A stretch of 60,720 nt of DNA, filler included, from Asterionella formosa (GCA_002256025.1; 5 parts of 5 records of this genome joined end to end with filler, not necessarily neighbours in it), one strand, 5' to 3'; shown: positions 25,073 to 39,226, counted from the first letter of the whole stretch. Notes: generated by a model not told the origin, from the sequence alone. Program-made: numbers and translations.

Positions 25073-25750
25073 CTAAAATGTCCTGTCCAAAAAATCAATT
25101 GTATCAAGAAGTGTCTTGACACCACTTGGTGTAGCTTGGAATTCGACAAGGGCAGCATTATCTTTACCCATGAGACCCCGCTCTTCAGTATCAATCTTGA
25201 CAGAGGTTGCATAGAATACAGCACGAAATTCCTCAACTTGACAGAGTAGGAGCTTGATAGCAACAATGCTGGAGGCAGTGATAGGAAGACACTGTCCACT
25301 CTTTAGTAAGTTAAATGAAGCTTGAATATCATGGACCATGAGGCAGACATTTTCGCCAGGGTAATCAGAAAGTTGGATTTTCTTAAATATTTCCAAGATG
25401 CTATCCATGGTCTGAGGTGAACCAGAGGTGACTTCATCCATTAAGGCCATCCAGAGGAGGAGGCCTGGAACACGATTGCCATAATCTTCAAGACGTCCAA
25501 GGAGACCTGTTAAGAGGTTTGGGGAAATGTAGGATACAATCAGACGCCAGAGGTGGGAAGAATCATCCAATGCCTGATCATAAAAAATCTGAAGTGACTT
25601 GTTGGTGAGAGATTCAGCTGTGGGATTTCCAGTTTTAGTGTCAATGTCTGGTGTGAATGTCTCAAGACCAATACAGTGATCAACATATTTCTTTGTCTCG
25701 TCAAAAGTAAGTCAAGTATGGTGTGTGGTCATACACCAAACTTTACCAGA
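25073..25750 (-). pseudogene. Fragment of Copia-like gag
   Basis: PGLLLWMALMDEV...IQLSDYPGENV..., resembling the L.DYPGENV gag segment of diatom Ty1/Copia elements; stops upstream. Confidence 0.5.
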
Positions 25751-28700
25751 ACTGTCAGGAGCATGGAGGAAAGTATCCACACCGCCAGTCTCTACATCAT
25801 TGTAAAAAGAGTGCAGAGCTGAGCAAGAGTGAGATTGTTGATAGGGTCACCATTGGGGCCATTGTATACCTTTTCACGTATTTGAGTAAAAAACTCAAAT
25901 GCAGTCTTTGTCTGCCAATAAAAACTATCATTTTTCCATGATGCATCATCAAATTGTGATCATCTAATCATAATATTTCGTTATATCATCTAATAATTTT
26001 GATAAATGCCTTTGTAATTTAAATATTAACCCTTTGATCAAGAATACATTTAATTACTTTATTTATTGTTTCTATTTGATTCCTGTATTCGAATTTCTTG
26101 GTAGGATAATGTACCAGCTCAAGTAATGTAATTTGGCTCATCATTTCCATCCGTCATCACTCTGATTTTTGAAACAACAACGAAATATTAGCAATGACAA
26201 GTGGAATGATTGTTTGCGATAACGTCTTCAATTGTTGGTCAAGTGATCATTATATCTTTGAGTAATCGTCATGTGCAGTGAACCTTTGTTCATTATCATT
26301 CAATTAAGAGTTTACAGGAGAGAAGAAATCATTCAAACTCGTAATGGTTCTGCACACAGCGCACAAAGTAAATCCGTCTCGTCGACTTCAGCATGACCAT
26401 CTCGCCAATCAACCCGTAAACAAACACATTCTACTTGTTCTCGTTGACATTTTCAATTCTCACATGATACTACATCTACTATTTCGATTCAGCATAGAAG
26501 GAGATACAAAAATGTGCGTAACAGACAACTGTTCACAAAGCTATAGTTATAGAATGATTCTGATTAGAATGCATTTCATTTTCATATCGCTCGTTTCTGC
26601 ATTTGGCATACTGTACTTGTATTAAATATTGAACTTGTCTGTATCGTCATTTGCTTGTTGGAACTGTCCGTTGCCTCAAACCTGCTTGGCGTGTGCGTAC
26701 ACACACTGTCCACTTGTTTTCATTGGTATGTTGTTCTTGTATTCACTGCTGAACTTGTCCGCATCTTTGTTACCATCAATAGAGCGACAAGTGGGTCTCT
26801 TCATTGTTGTTTGCTCCTAGAAAAGTCGGTGTCCGTGTCATCCTCATCAGTAGAGAAACAAGTTCTTTTTATCATTGCGGTTTGCCGCTGGAAAAATTGG
26901 TACTCGTGGTATCGTCATTCGCTCGTTGGAACCTCTGTCCGTTGCCTCAAACCTGATTAACATGTGTGTATGTGCACTGTCGACTTGTGTACATTACAGG
27001 CGGAGTGACTTAGCTAATAAAGTGCGTGATATAACAATATACCCCATAGCACGATGCAGAGTACAGTTGCTTCCCAATCATCTCATCATGATTGATAAGA
27101 TAATAATGTGATATCATGATAGGGTTACATCGATGCATACATCACCAAAGTATGATACGTAATATTGAATAAAGTACATCACATAGCTATGATACATTGA
27201 TCATAAAACAATGATGATTTTATAAAATGTTTATTATATAATTTTGATCAAAATATGATTATGTTAAAATAATACAATGACAATAAAATACGATAAAATA
27301 TGTACGCAAGTGTTATTAAGACATCATAGAACATAAATCAAGTAATCATAAAGTATGTTAATTAATATATATGTTTGTCGTTTAATGTATACAGTTAAAG
27401 TCAACAGTTAATATGATAGTATTATACAGTGGATAGGATCTGAGTATATGGATGCGTTGATATGTATGTCACTATAATATGATTTGTGACATGGATTGAT
27501 GCATATGACATACCGGTATCCTCAACAACCAGCCATCACGTTTATTGTCATGTCATTTTTCCTTGTTTTAGCTATATATATGCCGGCATGTGTATTGTGT
27601 AAAAACTAAGCTGGCGGAATATGCATATCACACTGTGCTCTGTTCAACAATTACTACACTCGGTTACCATCACGCCAGTTGCAGCTCCACAAGTGCCGCA
27701 AAACGCTCCGCGTTTCCCTTCTACTGTTTTACATCATAGTCTTCTGGCCCTTTGACAACTTTCCAAATGGCATTTCACGGATGTCATGGAAAGGATCAGT
27801 CAAACAAGAAACGAGACTTACTTCCATTGTTTACACTACACGACTTTATGTTTTCGGCAAAAAAGAAGTAGAAACTTATGAAATCAATCGAAGATTCCTT
27901 TGAATACACTCAAAGATCAAATGAATTTGAAAAGAATGATAATAATCCAGAAAAAATAATGAAGTATGCCGAAACAATAGTGGCTGAGATTGAAAAGAAG
28001 GAAAGATTGCTGAGTCACAGTTCCATCCATTTTCGTATTTTGCTCATTCACCCGAAATCGCTGATAATGAAGACGAACTCAGTAATTCTCATTCATTTGA
28101 TGAACAAATTCATGCGATGAATGAAAATATCGGCGGAAATGTAGCAGACATCACTTCAGAAGTAGAAATGGTTGAAAAGTTGCAAAACCAAGAAACAAAT
28201 CTCACTATCCGTCCAGAACATCAAGATGAACATCATTAAAGCAGAGAAACTATTGCATTTCTAAAAGAACCGATATTCAAGAAAAATTCTGAGCTAGATC
28301 AATAGATAATAATGAATTCAATTGATCACCACTTCGAACATGCTGTGCTGGGCAATACAGAGTCGTGAAATTATCACTCCACCATAGTAGTAAAAACGGA
28401 GGTATACCGCTACATATAGTACAGGCGGCACTAATAGTAATAGTAGTATAGAGCAGAATCAATGTTTTCCTATCATCTATGATATGGCTTGCATTGTTGT
28501 AAAAGTTTCACACTAACTATATTTATTATGTAACTACTAAGTATGCAGTGGATTCTATTAGATCCATTCAAAATCAACATCTTCATTAATGTCCCATTGA
28601 TTAATGCGGTCATTGTAATCAATATTCTTCTCAGGAACATTTGGTTGAAGTGATTTAACAAATTGATGCATATCCTCTTTACTTACATTGGGAAATGAGA

Positions 28701-30514
28701 AGTATGAGTGTGGGTAGATGATATTTGTGGTGGGAGTAGCAATTCCACTAGGATTCCTTCCATATTCAGATCGATTATTTTGTGAAAGTCCAGTGTAGAT
28801 TTTCTTATAAAAAACGAGTAAATCAATATCATCAGTCCATTGATCAGTGAGACCATTTGAAACGCACTGAACTTTCTTCCCTCACACTTTTTTATTAGTG
28901 GTTTCCCAACAATGTCGTCAAAATCGGTAGAATGACGAATATCTATCGTTCTCAGAAATTTTATGGGTATCTGGATTGAAACCAAAATAATTTTGTTGCA
29001 ATCGGAATTTTCCTTTCAGCACCAAGAAGCAAAATGATTCTTTACTGGTATTGATCAGCGAACCAACAAAACGTGTTTGCAATTCACACTGTGCCTGAAG
29101 ACTGAGTTGAAATTTGGCTTGGACATACCAGATTTGACTCCTGTTGAAAATGGTTCTCAACGGCTTGTCATGCCTATAAAATACACCGGAGCAAGAACAT
29201 CACGCCAGACTTGGTATCCATGGCTTCCCCTGTCAATTTCATTTGACTGCGCAAAATGATATTAAAGCGTCAAAGCCCACCAAATAAAGTCATCAATAGC
29301 TATCCATAGTCTGGAAGTTAGCTATATTCTGTTAGACCAGCTGGTGTGTCATGAATTATGTTAGCATTTTTAAATTGAAACATATATGATAAGAATATAA
29401 TCACCAACTCAAAACATCATGCTTTCGGAGCATCTCGCTGCAAAAACTTACGTAAGATTCCTTTAAATTGATTATTCAATACATTCTGACATTCTCTCAA
29501 CTTTTTTATGCACATGCCACCAAATGTTGATTTGATGTAATCAAAACGTGCCTTGTTGGTACATTCAATGGTATGATTCATTGGAAGTAGTGCATCAGAA
29601 CCATTCCATATGAAATCGGCAAGCTCTGGGTCACTCTCCACTTCTTCTTCCTAACTCCGGTTTCACTGTGTATAGCCGAGTTAGGCAGGTCAACATTAGG
29701 CAATCCAATCCTGTTTGTGATTGGAAATGCCTTTCATACTACTTGGACCAGATAGGGCAGGATGTTTGATTCTCTTTTGGGACCAGAAAAAAGCACATTA
29801 GATTGATATTCTGTTTTACAGTACTACCTGCAATTCACGATCAAACTTACATGTTGTTCACAGCAAAACTTCTTGGTCTTGAAAATAAAACTCATAACCT
29901 TTGTGACAATTGATGGTTCAATTTTAGCTAAGCGGGAACGACGTTCTACTAAGGCTGTTGAAAATGAAGAGTCTTGATAACCTCGTTTGGACGAGTTTCG
30001 AACCGAATTGCAACCTTTGTAGTGATTGAGTTCAGTATCAATAACTGAAGTAGAAAAGTCATCATTGCTGTCAGTATCAATTACGGGATCCTTTGTACTA
30101 GTAGCTGATGGTGTCCCCATCGACGATGGGGTATTACACCCAACGTCTCCCAATCGCCGACTGGGTTGCCTTGGATAATTGCCTATTCGCTTTTTCTTTG
30201 TTAACTCATTTTGGTATTTGCTTTTTTGTTCCATACTGGCGATATTTGCCACATGTCGCTTGTTTCCATGAACCTCTTAATGGTTTCTTGACGACATTGT
30301 ACTACTAGATAACAGTTGTCGTTGTTTTCTTCCTTAAAGTTCGATGATCTTAAATTCAGGTGTTGCTAGTTACAATGAAATGAATCATCAGCCACTACAA
30401 AAAATATTTTGCTTACACTGTCTAGATATGATGATACCATAAGACCAACAGTGCTATTTACATTATCATATACAAAATCAGAACCAAGTTTGAGTAATAG
30501 CATATCTTGTTTTC

Positions 30515-30820
30515 AATTATACAATTATACGATCCTGAAACTATGATGCTCTACTGTCCCACTGTAGTAGCAACAGTCATGAACATATGGTGTTCTGTTG
30601 CTCGCTTACTACTCCGACTACCGCTTTTCAGTTTTACAATCATACAATCCTAAAACTAGTATGATGATCTACTGTCCCGCTGCAGTAGCAGCAGTAATGG
30701 CTATATGGTGTTCTAAAGCTTGCTAGTTACTCCGACTATCTTTTTTTAGTATTATGATCATATGATCCTAAAACCATGATGATTTACTGTCCCGCTGCAG
30801 TAGCAGCAGTCATAGACATA
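30515..30820. repeat. Degenerate tandem repeat, ~115-bp unit x ~2.6
   Basis: ata.(g/a)atcct.aaac..tgatg.t.tactgtccc.ctg.agtagca.cagt recurs near 30526, 30642 and 30760. Confidence 0.85.
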
Positions 30821-30869
30821 GTTTCGGTGGACGAGGACATTTTGGTGGTCGTGGAGGAGGATCGTTATC

Positions 30870-33453
30870 CTTAATACATGAACGGGTTATTCCTCAAGGT
30901 ATTTCTTTATCTAACGAGACTTCCCAATTAATAAATACCATAGCTGGTACTTATTCATCTCATGCCAGTGGTATGCTAATGACCTAATTCTAACAGAATT
31001 TAATCGATCGGCTCATATTTTACAACAAAAGTGTCAAGTCTTTAATGGTCTATGCACATTTGATGTTATTTTAGGACGTGATTTCCTCCGTCAAGTTGGT
31101 TTAACCATTGATTTCGTAAATAACACCATGTCATGTATGGATATGCTTGTTCCTATGCATCCTCTCACATTCTTTGATGATGGAGAACGTTTACATGATG
31201 TATTATTATATTTTGATGCAACAATGATTGTGGATTCTTCATATGCGCTCGAAATTAAAGCTGCTAAATATAATTACGTAAATATTGATACAGTGGTGAA
31301 TAAACAGATACATTTGACTACAATACAACGATCATGTTTACGAACTATATTGGTTAAATATCAAACATTATTTGATGGCAAATTAAAAGTCTATCCTCAT
31401 AAACAGGCACATTTGGAATTATTATCAAATGCTATCCCTCGTCATTAACAAGCATATCCGGTCGCTCATATTCATTTAGAAGTTTTCAAAACCGAATTAC
31501 AACGATTGTGTGATATTGGAGTTCTACAAAAATGTGGTGCATCTAAATGGGCATCTCCCACTTTTATTATTCCAAAAAAGGATGGAAGTGTCCGATGGGT
31601 ATCAGATATTCGTGAACTCAATTGAGTCATATACCCTTTACCTCGAATACAAACTATTCTCACTAAACGTGCTGGATATGTTTTTTTCACCAAATTGGAT
31701 GTTTCCATGCAATATTATACTTTCGCATTGTATGTGGAGAGTCAAAATTTGTGCGTTATTTCCACTCCATTTGGTTTATATAAATATTTACGTCTCCCTA
31801 TGGTGGGGGTGAAAATATCATCTGATATTGCACAAGATACTATGGAAAAGTTTCTTAGTGATTTAGATGATGTGGAAATTTATATTGACGATGTGGGTTG
31901 TTTTTCAATGAATTTTTCGGATCATATACATTTATTGGACACTATTTTACATCGTTTACAGGCAAATGGTTTCACAATTAATCCATCTAAGTGTGAATGG
32001 GCTGTCCAAGAGACATATTGGTTAGGTTATTAGTTAATTCCTAATGGACTGAAACCTTGGTCTAAAAAAGTCCGAGCATTGATTAATATGTCTTCCCCTA
32101 CCAATCTTAAACAAGTCCGATCATTTTCCGGTGCTGTTACTTACTATCAAGACATGTTTCCTAGACGATCTAATGTTCTTGAACCACTTACGGATTTAAT
32201 TGGAACTAGTCCATTGGTCTGGTTACCTATCCTTCAACAAGCTGTTGAAGAAATGAAAGCATTGTTAGTTGCAGATACACTCATGTGTTATCATCATCAT
32301 AATCTTCCTTTTCATATATTTACTGATGCCTCTGACTATCAATTAGGGTCGGTTTAAAATTTCCTTCTATCAATTTTCATGATATATTTTTAATATGTTT
32401 TGTGAAGAATCCAGGAGATACTTGGCGTATTGCCATTCCTACTTCATTATTGGATCCTATTATTAATTGGTATCATCAGATGTTAGCTCATGTGGTTATG
32501 ACAAGATTAAATGCTACAAATGCTACACATTTATATGACCCTGCATTAAAACCAAAAGTGGAACATATTGTAAGCATATGTGAAGCATGTCAACGTACAA
32601 AATCACCTGGTACTGGTTTTGGTGAACTTCCACCCAGGAATGCATTGTTATTACCATGGTCAGAAGTCGCAGTAGATCTAATTGGTCCATGGAAGATAAC
32701 AGTGGCTGCTCAAGCGATTGAATTTCGTGCTCTAACTCGTATTGACACAGTCACCAATTTAGCAGAAATTTCACGTATCAACAACAAAACATCAGAATAT
32801 ATTGCGATGAAATTTGAAAATGATTGGTTAGCCAGATATCCCCATCCAGATCCCCATCCAGAACGTTTTATACATGACAATGGAGGTGAATTCACTGGTG
32901 TTCCTTTCTTACACATGTTAGTATTGAATGGAATTAAAGATGTGACTACTGCAGTAAAGAATCCACAAGCAAATGCCATCTGTGAACGTTTACATCAATC
33001 TATCAGCAATAGTCTATGAGTTATGTTAAAGGCTCATCCTCCAATCAATGAATTTCAAGCCCAAAATATTGTGGATACATGTTTTGCAGCTGCGTCATAT
33101 GCAGCTTGAGCTACTATTCATAGTATATTATGTATTTCACCAGGAGCATGGGTTTTTCAACAGGATATGATATTAAATATTCCTTTGATTACAGATTTAC
33201 AATTAATACATCAACGTCGACAAGTGATAATTGACGAACGTTTACGTCGAGTTAATTTCCGTCGTCGATCTCATGATTACAAAGTGGCGATAAGATTTTA
33301 ATACTTTTGGATAATCCTACTACTTTGGATGATCGTGGACGAGGTCCTAATACTATTATTCAAGTCCATGCCAATGGTACAGTTACTTTTCAACGCACTA
33401 TGCATATTACAGAACAAATTAATATTCGTCGTATCAAACCTTTTCATAGGTAA
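30870..33453 (+). mobile_element. Degenerate Ty3/Gypsy LTR retrotransposon pol (PR-RT-partial RH-IN)
   Basis: Protease end [60 protein letters not shown] then a deletion; integrase WYH..LAH..C..CQ, VAVDLIGPW, HDNGGEF, KNPQANAICER; ends NIRRIKPFHR* at 33453. Several stops and frameshifts. Confidence 0.93.
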
Positions 33454-33479
33454 AAGGTTTTCCCTCACGTGTGGGAGAA

Positions 33480-33653
33480 TGAGCAATCCTGCACATCGAT
33501 ACAGATGTTTATGGGGTTAGGGATATATCAAATATATCAGAGGTCGACTAACACTAATGGTAAACTCTGATGTCAACTCGGGAAACAAGTTGTACATTAG
33601 ATTAATTAGCTAATTTATTCAACAAATACTACTACTTCTAGTTAGATACTTCA
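33480..33653 (+). repeat. Putative 3' LTR of the Gypsy element
   Basis: Purine tract GGGAGAA immediately followed by TG (33480); candidate ...TTCA end at 33653. No 5' LTR available to confirm. Confidence 0.45.
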
Positions 33654-33827
33654 CCAGGTACCAGGTACCTGGTAACAGGTCTTGGGCAAGACGAAAAAGA
33701 ATTACAACCAGCTGTGCAGCACGATCATAACACGCCACGAAAAAGAAGGAGTCCTTTCAAAAATCAACCTTGGCGATGAATATCTTGAGGGGAACCTTGT
33801 CATGAATAAAGGTGAACTACAATATTA

Positions 33828-36406
33828 TGACTATTCTATTGCTGTTTCGAGTACATCGTTGTTAGCACTCATGCATGTACCTAATCTGGTGGCTGTGCCG
33901 TTATGGTTCGTACGGCGCATGTATGGAGCATCATATGCAGATATTAACACACCCTCACCAACAGATTCAGGCAGAAGAACTGGAGCTGGGGTGGAGATGA
34001 GATCAGCATCAGAAGCCAAGCACGCATAATAGTTAGGAGGACTAGGGAGGGATGGAGGGCAATGGAGATAGTGCGGGCGCATCAACATATGATGGGAAGC
34101 GGGATGATGTTTAGTGAAATAATCAGCACAATTCAAACTACCTTTTTTCCAGTATACAAGAAATTGGCCTTGGCAAACCCGATTGCGTACCCAGTAATAA
34201 CGCATATCCATAGCTTTGGAGCGTTTTTGTCGGACGGTATCATTGGCAATGCCACTGGCAGTGCTATTATCGGTGACAATACGGGTAGAAGGTTGGGGAT
34301 GACCAAGCTCAACAAGAATGTTGCGAATAGCATATGCCTCTTTGCCATTGTGGAACAAAGCAGCTAATTCGGCCTCAGCAGCACTTGATAAAACCTCCTT
34401 AAGAATTTGACAGTGTACGTAAATAGCACCGTTAAGAGGAGGGATGGACGTAGTGAGGCTAGGCGGAGACAAGGGTTTACAGCTGAGAAAGTGAATGCCG
34501 GCAGCGCGGGAGCGACCACGTGTTTCAGAGAGATAGGAAGCATCGGTTTCAACATGGAGGACCATGTCACTGGCAGTAAAGCGAAGTGTGGCCTCAGGAT
34601 GAGTGGCACAATAATTGAGAAGGTGAGTAATAGCAGTCAAGGTTGCCACAGTGGGGGTTGCTTGTTGTGTAGCCAATGTACCAAGGGCCGGCAACATAGT
34701 ACAGTCAATAGCACTGGCATAATACAATAAAGTACCAAGAATCTCTTGCACACGTGTTTTATCATGGAGGTCAAGGACAGGTGTGACGTCAGAAACAACA
34801 AATTGCTGGCGAGCGCCATAACTAGGTGCAGTCCAGGCATGGGGGGCATGTTGTGGGTGTGTTGGGGTGGAGTGCGTGAATCGTTGTAGAGCACGAACAA
34901 TGTAACCAGGCATAGTGAGGTCAACGGTGCGATGTTTGTAGTCCCACGTCAGTGTAAGGCCAATGTATCGAGAGCCAGTCCAATCAGTTGTGAGTCGGTA
35001 TTTGGTACATAAAGCGGTGAGGAGATGGTCCACGTCACTACGTTTGGTGTAATGTACACCAAAATCATCCACAACAAGCGTAAACATGAGATCACTGGTG
35101 GTATCCATCCATAGGCCAGGGGTGACTGGGCAGGGGAGGTAATGATGCGGGAGCAAGAACTGAGCAAGTTGATCATTGGCAAGTTTACCAGCTTGAGGCA
35201 GCCCATACACGCCACGACGGATTTCGGCATAGATGTGCCCATCAATGATTTTGGGAGCTAGGTTGTAGAGGGTTTGAATGTGTGGGGGGATCATCCATAT
35301 AGGGATGCGCACGTATTCACAGTCGGCAGGTGCAAGATGACTTTCCAGATAAAAATCAGATAAATCCAGAGTCATGAAGCGGCCATTGGGGGTACTGATG
35401 GTGCTGTTGAACAAACATTTTGCAGTAGTGAGATCAGCAGTCTTGGTGCTGACATTTCCAGTGTAAATGACGCGATCCCCCCCAGCGGTCCAACGAACTC
35501 ATTGGGGAATGGTTTTTTCAGGGCGATCGGCACACACAATGCGGATGTAAGTGGCGCGTTTGTGTGAGGGCATTTCATGCTTATGAATGAAAAAACAGCA
35601 ATTAGTACCCGCGGGCATGTCAGAATGGGGTCCCAAGCCCTGAAATAACCGGCCAATTTCTAAGCCGTTGGCGGTGGCCCACAGAGGAGCAGTGCTACAA
35701 GTCAGTAATTCTCGATATCCAGCAATTTTGCCATTGTCAGGGTTGATAGCGGTGCCATGGAAACAAAAATGAGTGGCCAGGGGAGTAGCACTGGTTTGAG
35801 GAGGGGCGGAGAGAGCACAGTTGGCAAGCAAAGATTGGGTGTGGGGACGGCTGGCATGTGGTGCATCACGTGGTGTGGTTTTACAGCGACGACGGCTCTT
35901 GGGCACAGGGGTAGTGTCATAAGTGTCCGAAGGGGAAGGTGGTAGGGGACTGGGCAGCACAACAGCATCGCGATAAGTGCGAGGGGGTGCTGGAAGGATT
36001 GTGCAGCCACTGGCAGGAGGGGCCCTAGGGGTAGGGGTAGGGTTACCGGCGAGGTGAGGGTTAGGGTTTGGGGTAGGGTTAACAACACTCGGGTCGGTAG
36101 GGGTAGGGTTAGGGTTAGGGTTAGTGATAGGGATAGGGTTAAGCACCCTCAGTGGTTGTGCAGTGCCATCGAGGGTGGGAGAGACCGGGAAAGGTGTGCA
36201 GGCATCAGCACCAGGGAGAAGGGGGATAGTGGATGCTGTGGGTGTACCTGGCACCCTCAGTGATGGAATGGGTTGATGCAGGAGGGGAGCGATGGGTAGT
36301 TGGGTGAGCTCAGGCGGTGAGAGAATTTCAAGGAGCTGCTGGAGAGCAGCTTTGTGGGTTGCAGTGAGTGGGGCAACGGGAGACCGAGTGGTGGGATGTA
36401 ACAAGG
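33828..36406 (-). mobile_element. Ty1/Copia (diatom CoDi-like) retrotransposon, 3' half: Pro-rich linker, RT, RNase H, PPT, 3' LTR
   Basis: RT VRWTAGGDR, TLDLSDFYL, VYGLPQAG, LVVDDFGV; RH ETDASYLSE, SAAEAE, TDNSTA, KAMDMRYYWV, ADYFTKHH. One in-frame TGA at 35499-35501. PPT GGTGAGGGTG then TGTTAA (LTR start 33949). LTR distal end uncertain; truncated by the contig end. Confidence 0.95.
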
Positions 36407-36506
36407 NNNNNNNNNNNNNNNNNNNNNNNNNNNNNNNNNNNNNNNNNNNNTTAATTAATTAANNNNNNNNNNNNNNNNNNNNNNNNNNNNNNNNNNNNNN
36501 NNNNNN
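36407..36506. other. Artificial contig spacer
   Basis: N44-TTAATTAATTAA-N44. Confidence 0.97.
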
Positions 36507-36519
36507 AATTTCTGCTTCT

Positions 36520-37310
36520 TGTTTTGTTCCTGGATTTCATGCCGGTGTTTGATTTCCAGCATATGCTCAAAAAGCGGTGGTCCTAGACAAGTGTTTCCAA
36601 CAGCAAAGTGCAGTCCTGTGGTAATTCATTTGTGTGTGTCGATTGCTGCTTGTGCTGTTTGCTTTCTCTTCCTTGCATGTTCTGCTGCATCATTACCATT
36701 TCGCACATCTTCTCTGTTTATGTATTCAACAATTTGATTTGTAAGAGTTCCTGAAAGTCCTTCTTGCAGGTTGAGCTGGTCAGGTGTAATAGAGGTTCTG
36801 TTGCTGTGTGAGATTCTATTCAATGGGACAACGCACACCAAATTTCGTCAGCTGTATTTCAGGATTCAACAAGCAATTATAGTTCAAAGGTCCCCAGCCT
36901 CGCTCTGCTACCACTTTTTTGTTGGTGCGTAATCTCGCAAAACTTTTTTCCCAAGAAGTGAATTTGCAAGTTGCAGTCCCTCTCGGCATGTGATGGGCGA
37001 CTCTCGGCATATGATGGGCGAACACATTTTACTCAACTGATCAATGAGCTCCACAATGTAAAGATCCACTTCAAGCATAGGTGAGATGCGAGCTGTATTT
37101 GTTCCTTGATGGTTTTTTCTTTTTGCACATGTTCTAACTGTTTCGAAATTAATATTGACAGCAGGAAGAATACCAATTGCCTCCTTTTCTCTCAGTATTA
37201 TACAGGTAAGTGTATTTCTCTTCACTCGTGATTCTCCTCCTTTTTCTTTTTCCTCTTCTCTCACCATATATTCTGCTGCCGAATTGGAAATACATTCTTT
37301 CACTTTTTCT
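36520..37310 (-). pseudogene. Internally deleted DNA-transposon transposase relic (pogo/DDE_1-like)
   Basis: N-terminal ELIDQLSKMCSPI.CREGLQLANSL joined to C-terminal KKVVAERGWGPLNYNCLLNPEI; catalytic core apparently absent; 21-bp tandem duplication at ~36980-37021. Confidence 0.5.
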
Positions 37311-39226
37311 TTGGATGACCACCATAGGGCAGGGTTGCAGTGACAGAAATGGTGCTGCTGCTGCTTTCAGTTGATGCAGTAGTAGTGCTGCCTGGCAGGA
37401 GGCAAACTAGAACTTGTAGACATAATCATAGTAGTAATGGAAGAATGATGATGATTTTTTCTGCTATAGCTGTAATTTTCTACACCTTCCATTGTCAGCA
37501 TAGATGTTTCGCTTTCTTGTTAATGCTCTTGCTCATCCTCCTCAGGCTGTTTGTCCGTTCTGGTAGCTACTGGTGCCACCAGATAACCTTATTTTCCTTA
37601 GAAAGTATTTCACTTTCTGTGTAGTCTCCCATGGGACAAGTTCTTGTATTTCGCTTTCAACACTTCCATATTTGTAGAAATGTTCAATAGGAAATGTTCA
37701 ATAGGCAATGTTCAATCATCCTCGCTTTGTTTGCGCTGCTAATAGACTGAGCCGCCTTGCCCGAAGGCACAGTCGATTTCTTTTTTGCCATAAATTGGAT
37801 GCATATTATGAGATGAAAATTGTATACTGGTATGTACTCATTTCCTTTCAAGTGTATGGGTGATAGGGCGCCAGTTTATGATGCTCAAGTTACTTAGGCA
37901 CTATCAAGTGACAGGGATAAGGATATGACAGGAATCATACGCCAAATAAATCGAAGGCGATATTTTTGTATTAAGCTGCGTATATCATATAATAGTGAGT
38001 CCTCAAAACATGGGGTAATCCGTGTTCTGGCAATATTTTCGTCGATCGCTCTTTTCAACCAATATTTTAGGAGAAACCAATTGCTATAAACTACGAAGTA
38101 ACTTCGACACAATTACCGTCTCGTCCGTTTCGTCTTTCTCCATATGTAGTCTGTGTAGTCCTAACTTTGTGGGTATTTAGCTGCAATATATAAATCGACC
38201 CATCAAATACTAGAATAGCGAGCCAGAAATACTAAGTAGAAGTAGCATAAATGGTTTTTGAATTCGGTGCTAAGTATACGTGTCCCTTTCCCAGAATCCG
38301 GGTTCAAAATGCGGATCCAATCTCCGGGTTCAGCGGCAGTCGAGTTGCGCTTTTGCCGTGGGAGGGACATAGGGTGGGTGATTTTAGACTATAAATTGCG
38401 AAAGGCTTGGCAATGCTTTAGACTGCTTCTCTGAATCGTTATTCAAAGAATTGTGTGCTTCACCCTTGCACTAATTCACTAATTTAACCTCGCGTGGTTG
38501 CTCTTGTCTTCCCTTGTCTTAGCTGCCGACTCTTGGTTGTTCGATTCTTGTCCCTATATTGAATTCTCAGCTTCGACTCCTTCGATTCGCGTCGCGTGGT
38601 TTGTATCATCCGGTGCTCGCCTGATATACTAACTCCATCGCGTCCGTCCTTGTCCGTAATATCAAATATCTAATGACATAGCCTTAAAGCGTACATGCTC
38701 AAGATTAGGGTCGAAGTTTTAAAATTAACAAATCTGCATTTGGGAGGGTCAAACCGTGTTTTTCTCCTGTTCAGTGGGTCACAGCAGTTCCAATTTTTTT
38801 TTAGTGGGTCACAGCAGTTTTTTACTGGAACCGTCCTGATGCGCCATCACGCTGTGATGCATGTTGACATCAATTCGACATCATGCAGAGGATACTTTCA
38901 GTGACAGGTTGGAGTCGTACCAGGTAACACTGATACTTCGCTCCGATCATCATTAATTTCTCGCCAGTAGTACCAGAGTACCGTACATATTATATACATG
39001 GCTATTTCGCAGAGCGCAAGTCGAAAAGGAAGCCAGAGCCTGATGTGTGTACCAGTACTCCTACCATGTTGCCTGGTACCTGGTACCGCCATTTCGTAGA
39101 CGAGTTCCTGGTACATCAAGTGGTAGCCATCAAGTACTGCCTTAGGCCGGCCTTATCATGATACTTTGAGTGTCGGATAATCAAATACCACCCCCAAACA
39201 TAGCTAGTGGAACGAGGGAGCAAGAA

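Noticed and set aside
35626..35641. Twister-like GGTCCCAAGCCC motif
   Set aside because: It is the antisense of coding sequence (FQGLGP) in the Copia ORF, and the other twister elements are absent.
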